A stretch of 64,000 nucleotides of DNA from Obrimoposthia wandeli (lineage: Eukaryota). Positions 52,762 through 63,724 of this stretch are shown one piece after another. Under the pieces are notes generated by a model that was not told the DNA's origin, searched no databases, and saw only the letters and a list, made by a program, of their open reading frames with translations. The translations under genes and the position numbers were made by a program. The stretch covers positions 1,302,001-1,366,000 of the forward strand of contig CDROCS010000253.1 of assembly GCA_977020255.1 (NCBI GenBank), written 5' to 3'. How positions within the stretch are numbered: the stretch's first letter is position 1; the number at the start of each line of letters is the position of its first letter.

Positions 52762-53394
52762 ATGAGTGGTGTAAGAGCACAACAAAAAGAAAAGACCCGT
52801 CGTCAGATAATCAATGCGGCTCTAAATCAACTGAGTGCTGAGCGTAGTTTCTCTAGTTTAAGTTTACGCGAGGTCGCAAAAGAGGCTGGATTAGCACCGA
52901 CATCTTTTTATCGCCACTTTTCAGATATGGATGAATTAGGTTTAACCCTAGTTGATGAAGCAGGTTTAACACTAAGACAACTGATGCGCCAAGCAAGACA
53001 ACGTATAGCTAAAGGCGGCTCTGTTATTCAAATATCAGTACAGACCTTCATGGAGTTAATTGAAAGTAATGGCAATATTTTTAGACTCTTGCTACGCGAG
53101 CGTTCAGGAACCTCTGCTGCTTTTCGTGCTGCTGTAATTCGAGAAATTCGTTATTTCACTATGGAACTTTGTGATTATCTTCAAAAAGCGAATCAGCTTG
53201 AAGCTGACGTTGCTTATATGCAAGCTAATGCAGCGGTAACCATTGTTTTTAGTGCTGGTTCGGATGCACTTGATATAGAAGATAAAGCGGAGCGACATCA
53301 ATTAGCTCAACAAACAATTCAGCAATTACGCTTTATTGCTCGTGGTGCTCTTGAACTAAGTGATCGTCGCAAAGTATCTAGAAAATCACGTTAG
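52762..53394 (+). CDS. fabR: Fatty-acid biosynthesis repressor FabR
   Basis: [29 protein letters not shown]; divergent from sthA. Confidence 0.94.
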   Translation: MSGVRAQQKEKTRRQIINAALNQLSAERSFSSLSLREVAKEAGLAPTSFYRHFSDMDELGLTLVDEAGLTLRQLMRQARQRIAKGGSVIQISVQTFMELIESNGNIFRLLLRERSGTSAAFRAAVIREIRYFTMELCDYLQKANQLEADVAYMQANAAVTIVFSAGSDALDIEDKAERHQLAQQTIQQLRFIARGALELSDRRKVSRKSR

Positions 53395-53395
53395 T

Positions 53396-54490
53396 CTACT
53401 TTCTCGTTAATATTACACCAGTTTCAATATGGTCGGTGTAAGGAAATTGATCAAATAAAGCAAATTTATCAATTTGATGTGTTTCTACTAGTAATGCTAA
53501 ATTATCTTTTAATGTCTCTGGGTTACAAGAAATATAAATAATTTTATTAAAGCGTCTAACTAATTCAACACTGTCTTTATCTAATCCAGCACGTGGCGGA
53601 TCTACTAACACGGTATCGTAGTTATAAGTGGTTAAATCAAAGCCTTCTAAACGTCTAAACTTTCGTTCACCATTCATCGCTTGACTAAATTCCTCACTCG
53701 ACATACGGACAATATCGATATTATCAATATCATTTTTACTAATATTTATTTGTGCGGAGCGAACAGAGGTTTTCGATATCTCAGTACCCAATACTCGTTC
53801 AAAGTTTTCAGCAAGGGCGATACTAAAGTTACCATTGCCACAGTAAAGCTCAATGAGATCGCCTCCAGCATTTTGTGTTGCTTGCTGAGCCCATAAGAGC
53901 ATTTGCTCATTAACACCCGCATTTGGCTGGGTGAAACTATTTTCTACTTGTTGATAAACATAGGTCTTGCCTCCAACGTTCAAGGACTCCATTACATAAT
54001 CTTTATCAACTATAATTTTTTGTTTCTTTGCGCGACCAATTATATCTACAGGGGCTATTGTTGATAGTTGAACTTTTAACTTTTCCGCCTCAAGTTGCCA
54101 GTTATCTTCCAAAGGCTTGTGATACAACATGCTAATTAGTAGCTCGCCATTTAAGGTAGATAAGAAGTCAACTTGAAACAGCTTAAAACGCAATTCACGA
54201 TGATCTTTAATCGCAGCCAGTAAAGCTTTCATCGCCTTGTTAATTAATTCGCTAGCAACAGGGAAGTCATCTACTCTAAATTTTTCCTTAGTTTTACTAT
54301 CAAACATAATGTAATACAGATCATCACCGTCATGCCAAATTCTAAACTCTGCTCTTTGGCGGTAGTTCAATGGTACTGACGGATATAAGTCAGCGGCGGG
54401 TAGGTTGAAGTCACTAAATAACTTAGCCATATCTTGTTGTTTTTTTGATAATTGCGCATCGTAATTATCGGGGTGAATGTGACTAAACAT
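53396..54490 (-). CDS. trmA: tRNA/tmRNA m5U54 methyltransferase
   Basis: QVENSFTQPN, ELYCGNGNFS, VDPPRAG, YISCNP, DQFPYT. Confidence 0.97.
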   Translation of the reverse strand: MFSHIHPDNYDAQLSKKQQDMAKLFSDFNLPAADLYPSVPLNYRQRAEFRIWHDGDDLYYIMFDSKTKEKFRVDDFPVASELINKAMKALLAAIKDHRELRFKLFQVDFLSTLNGELLISMLYHKPLEDNWQLEAEKLKVQLSTIAPVDIIGRAKKQKIIVDKDYVMESLNVGGKTYVYQQVENSFTQPNAGVNEQMLLWAQQATQNAGGDLIELYCGNGNFSIALAENFERVLGTEISKTSVRSAQINISKNDIDNIDIVRMSSEEFSQAMNGERKFRRLEGFDLTTYNYDTVLVDPPRAGLDKDSVELVRRFNKIIYISCNPETLKDNLALLVETHQIDKFALFDQFPYTDHIETGVILTRK

Positions 54491-54826
54491 AGAGGTGCCT
54501 TGTATAAAAGAATAGAGATAAGAATAACAGCGCGAATTTTACTATCGACTTAGCTTTTGTCTAGCTCTTAATTAGTCTATTTCATAAATAAGTTAATATT
54601 AACTAGTTTGCTTAAGTTGTAGCCATAGTTACTGATAAATAGTTATCAGTGCAATATCGTATAGATGACTCTTATTGCTAGTTTTGATAATTTCTTTATT
54701 TTTAATGCTAGTGTTAATAAAAAATAGTAACAACTAACACAAACTAAGCTCAAAGGTAGCACTCGATTTTATAAAGCAGTATGGGTTATTGCAAAATATC
54801 GCGAAAGACATTTAATTTAAAATAAT

Positions 54827-54860
54827 AAAAAAGGCCGCTAACGTTAATTAGCAGCCTTTA
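54827..54860 (-). terminator. Terminator after the RRM gene
   Basis: Minus strand AAAGGCTGCTAA..TTAGCGGCC followed by a T run. Confidence 0.75.
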
Positions 54861-54878
54861 AATATATAGCTTCTAGTT

Positions 54879-55373
54879 TTACTCGTCTTGAGTATTATCT
54901 TCAGTTCGCTCAGGGCGCTCTTTTGCTTCTCTTACTTTAAGTGTACGTTGTTGAAACTCAGTATCGTTCAACGCAGCAATGGCTTTATCTAAATCATCAG
55001 AGGCCATCTCAACAAAACCAAAGCCACGGCGCTTTCCTGTATGTTTATCTTTCATTAAACGTACAGAGTGTACCGAACCATGTTCAGAGAAAAGTTCTCG
55101 TACAGAAGTTTCATTTGCTCTATAAGGTAAGTTACCAACATAGAGGGTTTTTACATCTTCATCTGAAGCTATAATTTCGCTTTTTGTAGATGTAGATGTA
55201 GATGTACGTGGAATGGCTGATGGATTACCAGTAAGTAAAGGTGCGAGAAACGCACTAACAAATACCAAACCGACAAGAAGGATAGAATTATCCGGTATAG
55301 CAAAACTGACAATATAAGCGATGATGGTAAAAACAACAGCGATTATGGCTGTTTGTAACGTTGGAGACTTCAT
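54879..55373 (-). CDS. Membrane-anchored RRM RNA-binding protein
   Basis: Two N-terminal TM helices; RNP2 LYVGNL and RNP1 RGFGFVEM. Confidence 0.9.
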   Translation of the reverse strand: MKSPTLQTAIIAVVFTIIAYIVSFAIPDNSILLVGLVFVSAFLAPLLTGNPSAIPRTSTSTSTKSEIIASDEDVKTLYVGNLPYRANETSVRELFSEHGSVHSVRLMKDKHTGKRRGFGFVEMASDDLDKAIAALNDTEFQQRTLKVREAKERPERTEDNTQDE

Positions 55374-55755
55374 ATAAAGATACCTAATTATTATTTTAAT
55401 AAACTAATTTAACTGCTTGAATATATGCAAATAGCAATTCTATGTTACGCAGCTTTTTATAATGTGCAACTATCAAGTGCAAACTTTATGCAATTAAAGA
55501 ATAATTATCAAGAATAGCTACTAGAATAGTTGTTTAAATAAACGTGTTGCTTTTTAAGTGAACGAACGATTGAATAAGTGAAAATAGTGCTTGTGCTACA
55601 CCAAGAACTCTTTACAATGCGCTCCAGTTCCAAGGGGTTCACGCAAAATGAATCATCAACGAACTGTTTTGATACGTTATCTACCCGCTTTAGCGAGAAA
55701 TAACGTAAGTTAACATCAAGTTTTAAACGTTTTTTAAAATAGTTTAAAATAAACG

Positions 55756-55791
55756 TTGACATTAAAACTTGGAAGCGTATTATGCGCATCC
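55756..55791 (+). promoter_or_regulatory. rRNA operon sigma70 promoter (P1-like)
   Basis: TTGACA-16 bp-TATTAT, GC-rich discriminator GCGCATCC, AT-rich UP element upstream. Confidence 0.85.
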
Positions 55792-55887
55792 AGTTCGGGG
55801 CAATAGCAGCGAACAACGCTACTTAGGTAGCTCAGGTGTAGAGCGAATGTGACTCTCATCTACGTTTACTTACTATATGTAACAAAC

Positions 55888-55901
55888 GTTTTCTTTAACA
55901 A
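55888..55901 (+). promoter_or_regulatory. boxA antitermination site in the rrn leader
   Basis: TTCTTTAACAA; second copy at 58051-58062 in the 16S-23S spacer. Confidence 0.75.
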
Positions 55902-56149
55902 TTAGTTATCATGCAATTTGTGTGAGCACTCACATTATGTTGTTTTACATAGTTTTCCTTTCGGGGAGAACAAAAAACGCTTAATGAATGCTGTTCATGC
56001 AAATAAATAATAGTTATTTATCTTTAGTTAGATAGGTAACGACTATGTAATGCGCTATTTATTTCCTTTTTATTAAGGGCGTAGATAGCACGACAGAATT
56101 CATTGAGCAGTAACACATCGCTTGCGATGAGGTTACACAAACGATTTTT

Positions 56150-56443
56150 AATTGAAGAGTTTGATCATGGCTCAGATTGAACGCTGGCGGCAGGCTTAAC
56201 ACATGCAAGTCGAGCGGTAACAGAGATAGCTTGCTATCTGCTGACGAGCGGCGGACGGGTGAGTAATGCTTGGGAATATGCCTTATGGTGGGGGACAACA
56301 GTTGGAAACGACTGCTAATACCGCATAACGTCTACGGACCAAAGGGGGGGATTCTTCGGAACCTCTCGCCATTTGATTAGCCCAAGTGAGATTAGCTAGT
56401 TGGTGAGGTAATGGCTCACCAAGGCGACGATCTCTAGCTGGTT

Positions 56444-56517
<74 letters not shown>

Positions 56518-56928
56518 CACAATGGGCGAAAGCCTGATGCAGCCATGCCGCGTGTGTGAAGAAGGCCTTCGGGTTGTAAAGCACTTTCAGTTGTGAGGAA
56601 AGGGGAGTAGTTAATAGCTGCTTCCTGTGACGTTAACAACAGAAGAAGCACCGGCTAACTTCGTGCCAGCAGCCGCGGTAATACGAGGGGTGCAAGCGTT
56701 AATCGGAATTACTGGGCGTAAAGCGTTCGTAGGCGGTCTATTAAGCAAGATGTGAAAGCCCAGGGCTCAACCTTGGAACTGCATTTTGAACTGGTAGACT
56801 AGAGTACTGTAGAGGGTGGTGGAATTTCCAGTGTAGCGGTGAAATGCGTAGAGATTGGAAGGAACATCAGTGGCGAAGGCGGCCACCTGGACAGATACTG
56901 ACGCTGAGGAACGAAAGCGTGGGGAGCG

Positions 56929-56969
<41 letters not shown>

Positions 56970-57064
56970 TCAACTAGCCGTTTGTGGACTTGATCCGTGA
57001 GTGGCGCAGCTAACGCACTAAGTTGACCGCCTGGGGAGTACGGCCGCAAGGTTAAAACTCAAAT

Positions 57065-57114
<50 letters not shown>

Positions 57115-57191
57115 CAACGCGAAGAACCTTACCATCCCTTGACATCCACAGAAGAGACCAGAGATGGACTTGTGCCTTCGGGAACTGTGTG

Positions 57192-57223
<32 letters not shown>

Positions 57224-57229
57224 TGTGAA

Positions 57230-57264
<35 letters not shown>

Positions 57265-57305
57265 ATCCTTATTTGCCAGCGCGTTATGGCGGGAACTCTA
57301 AGGAG

Positions 57306-57358
<53 letters not shown>

Positions 57359-57451
57359 CTTACGGGATGGGCTACACACGTGCTACAATGGCGTATACAG
57401 AGTGCTGCAATACCGCGAGGTGGAGCGAATCACACAAAGTACGTCGTAGTC

Positions 57452-57502
<51 letters not shown>

Positions 57503-57513
57503 TAGATCAGAAT

Positions 57514-57570
<57 letters not shown>

Positions 57571-57629
57571 GGATGCAAAAGAAGTGGCTAGTTTAACCTT
57601 TCGGGGAGGACGGTCACCACTTTGTGTTT

Positions 57630-57660
<31 letters not shown>

Positions 57661-57693
57661 CCTAGGGGAACCTGGGGTTGGATCACCTCCTTA
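56150..57693 (+). rRNA. rrs: 16S rRNA
   Basis: AGAGTTTGATCATGGCTCAG, GTGCCAGCAGCCGCGGTAA, 3' GATCACCTCCTTA; ends approximate. Confidence 0.99.
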
Positions 57694-57779
57694 TCTTGAA
57701 GTAAAATTGCTTAATGGAAACTTCGGTTTCACGAGTGTTCACACAAATTACATGATAACAAATTGAAAGATACCCTGAT

Positions 57780-57855
57780 GGGGCTATAGCTCAGCTGGGA
57801 GAGCGCCTGCCTTGCACGCAGGAGGTCAGCAGTTCGATCCTGCTTAGCTCCACCA
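57780..57855 (+). tRNA. tRNA-Ala(UGC)
   Basis: 76-nt cloverleaf GGGGCTATAGCTCAG...TTGCAC...GTTCGATCC...CACCA; the only tRNA in the spacer. Confidence 0.98.
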
Positions 57856-58373
57856 TCTTGATTTTTACTTCGTTACTTGAATCCTCGTGTAAGAGAAACT
57901 ACACGTCGCATTCAAAAGCCTTGTAAAACACAAGATAGCCACTTGATATCTTTTAACTAAAGAAAAAGACCAAACTTAAAACATCATTTGATGATGAGTT
58001 AAGTTTGGTTTTTTAAACCACTTTTTTAACCGAATGCGTGTTAAGAATGAGTTCTTTAACAATCTGGAAAGCTGATATAAATATCGGTATTTATATAACA
58101 AACACGGTGTCGCGCTGTTGTTTGTTACAGTATAAATACCAAGCTGTTATGACATTCTCTTATCGTGAATGTGGTAATGGTGATAGTGCATCCCCCAAGG
58201 ATGTATTATCGAATTCATACTACTCGAAAGAGTAAGATGTCTTATCAAGTAACTCATCCCATGTCTTCGGATATGGTGAGTACGTGAAAATGTCAGACTT
58301 TACAATTACCCCGGATTAGTCTCCGAGGTGTACTTCGTGTCAATTCTTCGGAAGAGACTACTTAGGGTTGTAT

Positions 58374-59338
58374 GGTTAAGTGACTAAGCGTATGTGGTGG
58401 ATGCCTTGGCAGTTAGAGGCGATGAAGGACGTGTTAATCTGCGAAAAGCTTTGGTGAGGTGATAAAAACCGTTATAGCCAAAGATGTCCGAATGGGGAAA
58501 CCCACTTACCATAAGGTAGGTATCGTTACGTGAATACATAGCGTAACGAAGCGAACCGGGAGAACTGAAACATCTAAGTACCCCGAGGAAAAGAAATCAA
58601 CCGAGATTTCGTTAGTAGCGGCGAGCGAACGCGAATCAGCCCTTAAGCTTATTGGGCGCTAGTAGAATGTTCTGGAAAGGACAACGATACAGGGTGATAG
58701 TCCCGTATACTAAAGCAACCTTTAAGTGAAATCGAGTAGGACGGAGCACGTGAAACTTTGTCTGAATATGGGGGGACCATCCTCCAAGGCTAAATACTAC
58801 TAACTGACCGATAGTGAACCAGTACCGTGAGGGAAAGGCGAAAAGAACCCCTGTGAGGGGAGTGAAATAGAACCTGAAACCGCATACGTACAAGCAGTGG
58901 GAGCCCGATTTAGTCGGGTGACTGCGTACCTTTTGTATAATGGGTCAGCGACTTATATTCTGTAGCAAGGTTAACCGATTAGGGGAGCCGTAGCGAAAGC
59001 GAGTGTTAACTGCGCGTTTAGTTGCAGGGTATAGACCCGAAACCCGGCGATCTACCCATGGGCAGGTTGAAGGTTGAGTAACATCAACTGGAGGACCGAA
59101 CACACGTATGTTGAAAAATGCGGTGATGACTTGTGGGTCGGAGTGAAAGGCTAATCAAGCCGGGAGATAGCTGGTTCTCCCCGAAATCTATTTAGGTAGA
59201 GCCTCGCACGAACACCATTGGGGGTAGAGCACTGTTAAGGCTAGGGGGTCATCCCGACTTACCAACCCTTTGCAAACTCCGAATACCAATGAGTGATATG
59301 CGGGAGACACACTGCGGGTGCTAACGTCCGTTGTGAAG

Positions 59339-59371
<33 letters not shown>

Positions 59372-60247
59372 AAAGTACTAGTTAAGTGGGAAACGATGTG
59401 GAAAGGCATAGACAGCTAGGAGGTTGGCTTAGAAGCAGCCATCCTTTAAAGAAAGCGTAATAGCTCACTAGTCGAGTCGGTCTGCGCGGAAGATGTAACG
59501 GGGCTAAACTAGTCACCGAAGCTGCGGATTTGCAATTTATTGCAAGTGGTAGGGGAGCGTTCTGTAAGCCGTTGAAGGTGAATTGAGAAGTTTGCTGGAG
59601 GTATCAGAAGTGCGAATGCTGACATGAGTAACGATAAGGGGAGTGAAAAACTCCCCGCCGAAAGACCAAGGTTTCCTGTCCCATGTTAATCAGGGCAGGG
59701 TAAGTCGGCCCCTAAGGCGAGGCGGAAACGCGTAGTCGATGGGAAACAGATTAATATTTCTGTACTTCTATATATTGCGAAGGAGGGACGGAGTAGGCTA
59801 GATGAGCACGGCGTTGGTAGTCCGTGTGAAAGATAGTAGGTGGTTGACTTAGGTAAATCCGGGTCTTCATTCAACACTGAGAGTCGAGACGAGTCACTAC
59901 GGTGATGAAGTCATTGATGCCATGCTTCCAGGAAAAGCTTCTAAGCTTCAGATATATAGGAACCGTACCCCAAACCGACACAGGTGGTTAGGTAGAGAAT
60001 ACTAAGGCGCTTGAGAGAACTCGGGTGAAGGAACTAGGCAAAATAGTACCGTAACTTCGGGAGAAGGTACGCTGCTCAACGTTAAACCCTTGCGGTGTAA
60101 GCGAAGAGTAGTCGAAGTAACCAGGTGGCTGGAACTGTTTATTAAAAACACAGCACTGTGCAAAATCGAAAGATGACGTATACGGTGTGACGCCTGCCCG
60201 GTGCCGGAAGGTTAATTGATTCGGTTAGTCCTCGGACGAAGCTGATG

Positions 60248-60342
<95 letters not shown>

Positions 60343-60603
60343 CATGGCCACACTGTCTCCACCCGAGACTCAGTGAAATTGAATTTGCGGTTAAGATGCC
60401 GTATACCCGCGGCTAGACGGAAAGACCCCGTGAACCTTTACTATAGCTTGACAGTGAACATTGCTCCTACATGTGTAGGATAGGTGGGAGGCGTTGAAAC
60501 TTTGTCGCTAGATGAAGTGGAGCCAATCTTGAAATACCACCCTTGTATGCGTGATGTTCTAACCTAGGGCCCTTATCGGGCTTGGGGACACTGTCTGGTG
60601 GGT

Positions 60604-60646
<43 letters not shown>

Positions 60647-60724
60647 ACGAAGGTTGGCTAAGTACGGTCGGACATCGTACGGTTAGTGCAATGGCATAAG
60701 CCAGCTTAACTGCGAGACAGACAC

Positions 60725-60823
<99 letters not shown>

Positions 60824-60852
60824 ACCGCCCAAGAGTTCATATCGACGGCGGT

Positions 60853-60895
<43 letters not shown>

Positions 60896-60897
60896 TC

Positions 60898-60930
<33 letters not shown>

Positions 60931-61099
60931 TGGTACGCGAGCTGGGTTTAGAACGTCGTGAGACAGTTCGGTCCCTATCTGCCGTGGGCGTTTGAGAATT
61001 GAAGAGGGCTGCTCCTAGTACGAGAGGACCGGAGTGGACGAACCACTGGTGTTCGGGTTGTCATGCCAATGGCATTGCCCGGTAGCTACGTTCGGAACT

Positions 61100-61130
<31 letters not shown>

Positions 61131-61266
61131 AGGCTTTGAGATGAGTTCTCACTGGGACTTTAAGTCCCCTAAAGGGTCGTTGGAGACTACAACGTTGATA
61201 GGTCAGGTGTGTAAGTGCTGCGAGGCATTGAGCTAACTGATACTAATTGCCCGTGAGGCTTAACCA
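58374..61266 (+). rRNA. rrl: 23S rRNA
   Basis: GGTTAAGTGACTAAGCG...GGATGCCTTGG, peptidyl-transferase region, 3' CTTAACC; about 2.89 kb with no obvious IVS. Confidence 0.99.
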
Positions 61267-61431
61267 TACAACACCCAAGTAGTTTTGCTGAAAAGTGAAC
61301 TGATAAGTGATTTGTATAAAGACTGACAACTACATAAAATGTAAAATCACGTACTTACGTGTTACTTGAATCCAGAAAACAAAACGATATTTATAGCTCA
61401 TTGAGCAAGCTTTCTAAGATTGTCCCTTTTT

Positions 61432-61549
61432 TGTTTAGCGACAATAGCGCTGTGGCCCCACCTGATCCCTTTCCGAACTCAGAAGTGAAACGCAGTTGCG
61501 CCGATGGTAGTGTGGGAGTTCCCATGTGAGAGTAGGACATTGCTAGACT
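61432..61549 (+). rRNA. rrf: 5S rRNA
   Basis: CCACCTGATCCC..CCGAACTCAGAAGTGAAACG...GATGGTAGTGTGGG. Confidence 0.97.
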
Positions 61550-61559
61550 TCTAATTAAA

Positions 61560-61589
61560 GAAACCCGTAGCTAACGCTACGGGTTTTTT
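61560..61589 (+). terminator. rrn terminator 1
   Basis: AAACCCGTAGC-TAAC-GCTACGGGTTTTTT. Confidence 0.92.
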
Positions 61590-61681
61590 GCTTTCTGGCA
61601 TTTGAAAAATCCTCTCGATGGGAGTATCACTTAGGCTAGTTAAGCCCATGTGAGCCTAGGACATCCCACACTTCACTTTAT

Positions 61682-61711
61682 AAAAGCCCGTTACGAAAGT
61701 AACGGGCTTTT
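61682..61711 (+). terminator. rrn terminator 2
   Basis: AAAAGCCCGTTAC-GAAA-GTAACGGGCTTTT. Confidence 0.9.
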
Positions 61712-61789
61712 ACTGTATGACATTTAAAAATTGTGTGGAGGGTCGTTTGATTAGGCTTATGTGGGCGAAGATTATCAACATTACTTTAG

Positions 61790-61819
61790 AAAAACCCGTA
61801 GCTAATACTACGGGTTTTT
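61790..61819 (+). terminator. rrn terminator 3
   Basis: AAAACCCGTAG-CTAATA-CTACGGGTTTTT, near copy of terminator 1. Confidence 0.88.
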
Positions 61820-62049
61820 GCTATCTGCGACTTGGATACTAAAAGCACAGGAAGGAGTAATATATTTCGCTATCAATTTAATTAAAACAGGCTATTGCTA
61901 GGAATAAGAGCTTATATGGAAGTCGATAGCGGATATAGTAGGCACTTTTTTGAATTAAATTGATATCTGGCTGTTTGATGACAATAGAGATTGTATAGAT
62001 AGAAGTGAATAGACCCTCTTAATATTAAAGAAGCCTTAAAGTTGAGGCT

Positions 62050-62142
62050 TTAGCTTTCAAAAACACCAACGACCATTGAGAGAAGAAACAGGGCTGAAGC
62101 TGGAATCATTGTTAATATGAATAATGTGTTTAAATCTAACAT
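62050..62142 (-). CDS. Unannotated 30-aa hydrophobic small protein MLDLNTLFILTMIPASALFLLSMVVGVFES
   Basis: AAGGA 6 nt before ATG; single TM helix; hairpin AAGCCT/AGGCTT right after TAA. Confidence 0.6.
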   Translation of the reverse strand: MLDLNTLFILTMIPASALFLLSMVVGVFES

Positions 62143-62403
62143 GGTTTTTCCTTGTGTATTTCGTATATATAATTAATCTAAAAATAATACGAAATGTGTG
62201 TATTTATTACTAAGTTGCAATAAGTATTACAAAGGTTGTGCCAAAGTTGATGTTAATTTTTAATATACTGATATATAAAGATATTTAATTTATGTCGTTA
62301 TTGTAATGGATGATAGTGGATTAATATATTTTGAGAAGTGGTTATAAGGGCTATTTAGTGGTTAAAAATATCGATTAATAGTTGAAACAGTAGGTTAGCA
62401 CTA

Positions 62404-62456
62404 TTTCTCTAATCTCACTATTGGGACAATCATTCCCAATAGTGAGATTAGAGAAA
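62404..62456. repeat. 23-bp perfect inverted repeat just downstream of dusA
   Basis: TTTCTCTAATCTCACTATTGGGA-CAATCAT-TCCCAATAGTGAGATTAGAGAAA. Confidence 0.9.
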
Positions 62457-62460
62457 GCAA

Positions 62461-63474
62461 CTAGAGCAAAGTAACCTTATTAAATGCATCAAGAAGAACT
62501 TGTCCACTGGCACCATCTTTACCTGCGCACTCACTCAGGTGTTGTCTGAATTTTCGTGCTCCTGATAAGCCATTACAAAGACCTAACATGTGACGTAATA
62601 CATGCCACGCCCGACCTCCATCTTTAATCGTTTCATCGATGTAGGGGACCATTAAATCAATCACTTCCGATCTTGTTAATTTTGTACTATTGGAATGGTA
62701 TATTTCATTATCTGCATCCGCTAGCATATACGGACTGTTATATACTTCCCGTCCAATCATTACACCATCAACATGTTGTAGATGAACATTCGCTTCAGTA
62801 AAAGTTTTAATACCACCATTAATGGATATTTCTAAGCTATCAAAATCATTTTTTATTTGATAGACACGTCCATAGTCTAATGGGGGAACATCACGATTCT
62901 GTTTAGGACTTAATCCGGTTAACCAAGCTTTTCTTGCATGGATTATGAAATGGCGGCAATCAGCTTTTGATACCTCTTCAATAAAATTATGTAAAAATTC
63001 GTAAGAGTCCAGGTCATCTATACCAATTCGTGATTTGACTGTAACAGGGATGTTGGTTGCTGCCTGCATCTGATTAACACATTCTGCAACGACGGCAGGT
63101 TCAGCCATCAAGCAAGCACCGAAACGACCATTCTGCACCCTATCAGAAGGACAACCAACATTAATGTTTATTTCATCATAACCATATTGTTCAGCAATTT
63201 TGGCACACTCAGTCATCGCTTTAACATCACTGCCGCCAAGTTGTAATACCAACGGGTGCTCGGCTTCGTTATATGATAAATAATCTCCTTTACCGCGTAA
63301 AACAGCTCCAGTAGTGACCATTTCAGTGTAAAGCACAGTGTGCTGAGTCATGAGTCGATAGAAAAATCGAGAATGTTTATCTGTCCAATCGAGCATGGGC
63401 GCAACGCTTAGCCTGTGATTGACTGTATTACTTGGTGTTAAAGGGGTTGAGTCTTGTTTTTGTTGGTTTGTCAT
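62461..63474 (-). CDS. dusA: tRNA dihydrouridine(20/20a) synthase
   Basis: SVAPMLDWTD, LYTEM, LQLGGS, NVGCPSDRVQNG.FGACLM, HARKAWL, NGGI. Confidence 0.97.
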   Translation of the reverse strand: MTNQQKQDSTPLTPSNTVNHRLSVAPMLDWTDKHSRFFYRLMTQHTVLYTEMVTTGAVLRGKGDYLSYNEAEHPLVLQLGGSDVKAMTECAKIAEQYGYDEININVGCPSDRVQNGRFGACLMAEPAVVAECVNQMQAATNIPVTVKSRIGIDDLDSYEFLHNFIEEVSKADCRHFIIHARKAWLTGLSPKQNRDVPPLDYGRVYQIKNDFDSLEISINGGIKTFTEANVHLQHVDGVMIGREVYNSPYMLADADNEIYHSNSTKLTRSEVIDLMVPYIDETIKDGGRAWHVLRHMLGLCNGLSGARKFRQHLSECAGKDGASGQVLLDAFNKVTLL

Positions 63475-63571
63475 AGTTGCTAAACTGCCTTGAATTACCT
63501 TGAGTTTCGTTATAGAGTCACCCTATAGTCACCCTAAATAAGTAGGATTGATTCTTTAATTAGGCTTAAAT

Positions 63572-63724
63572 ATGGCTTCTTTCAATATAGAAAAATGAAA
63601 ACTCGTAAGTGGTGATTATCGCTACAAATGTGTAGTGCGCGAGAAATCTAAGGGCAAGATTATACATAATGAAAGTAAAACTTTCAGTAAAAAATAATTA
63701 GCCAACACAGCATATTGGCAGTAA
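63572..63724 (+). pseudogene. 5' remnant of a dusA-associated tyrosine integrase
   Basis: MASFNIEK*KLVSGDYRYKCVVREKSKGKIIHNESKTFSKK*LA, with stops at 63596 and about 63695; divergent from the dusA 5' end. Confidence 0.6.

Noticed and set aside
54490-54879. Possible cobalamin riboswitch next to trmA
   Set aside because: No B12-box or conserved core is visible and btuB is absent.
55822-55845. tRNA D-arm-like string TAGCTCAGGTGTAGAGCG in the rrn leader
   Set aside because: There is no anticodon arm, T-arm or acceptor stem; local leader hairpins explain the sequence.
56059-60880. ORFs inside the rRNA operon
   Set aside because: They lie within 16S, 23S or spacer sequence and are chance frames.
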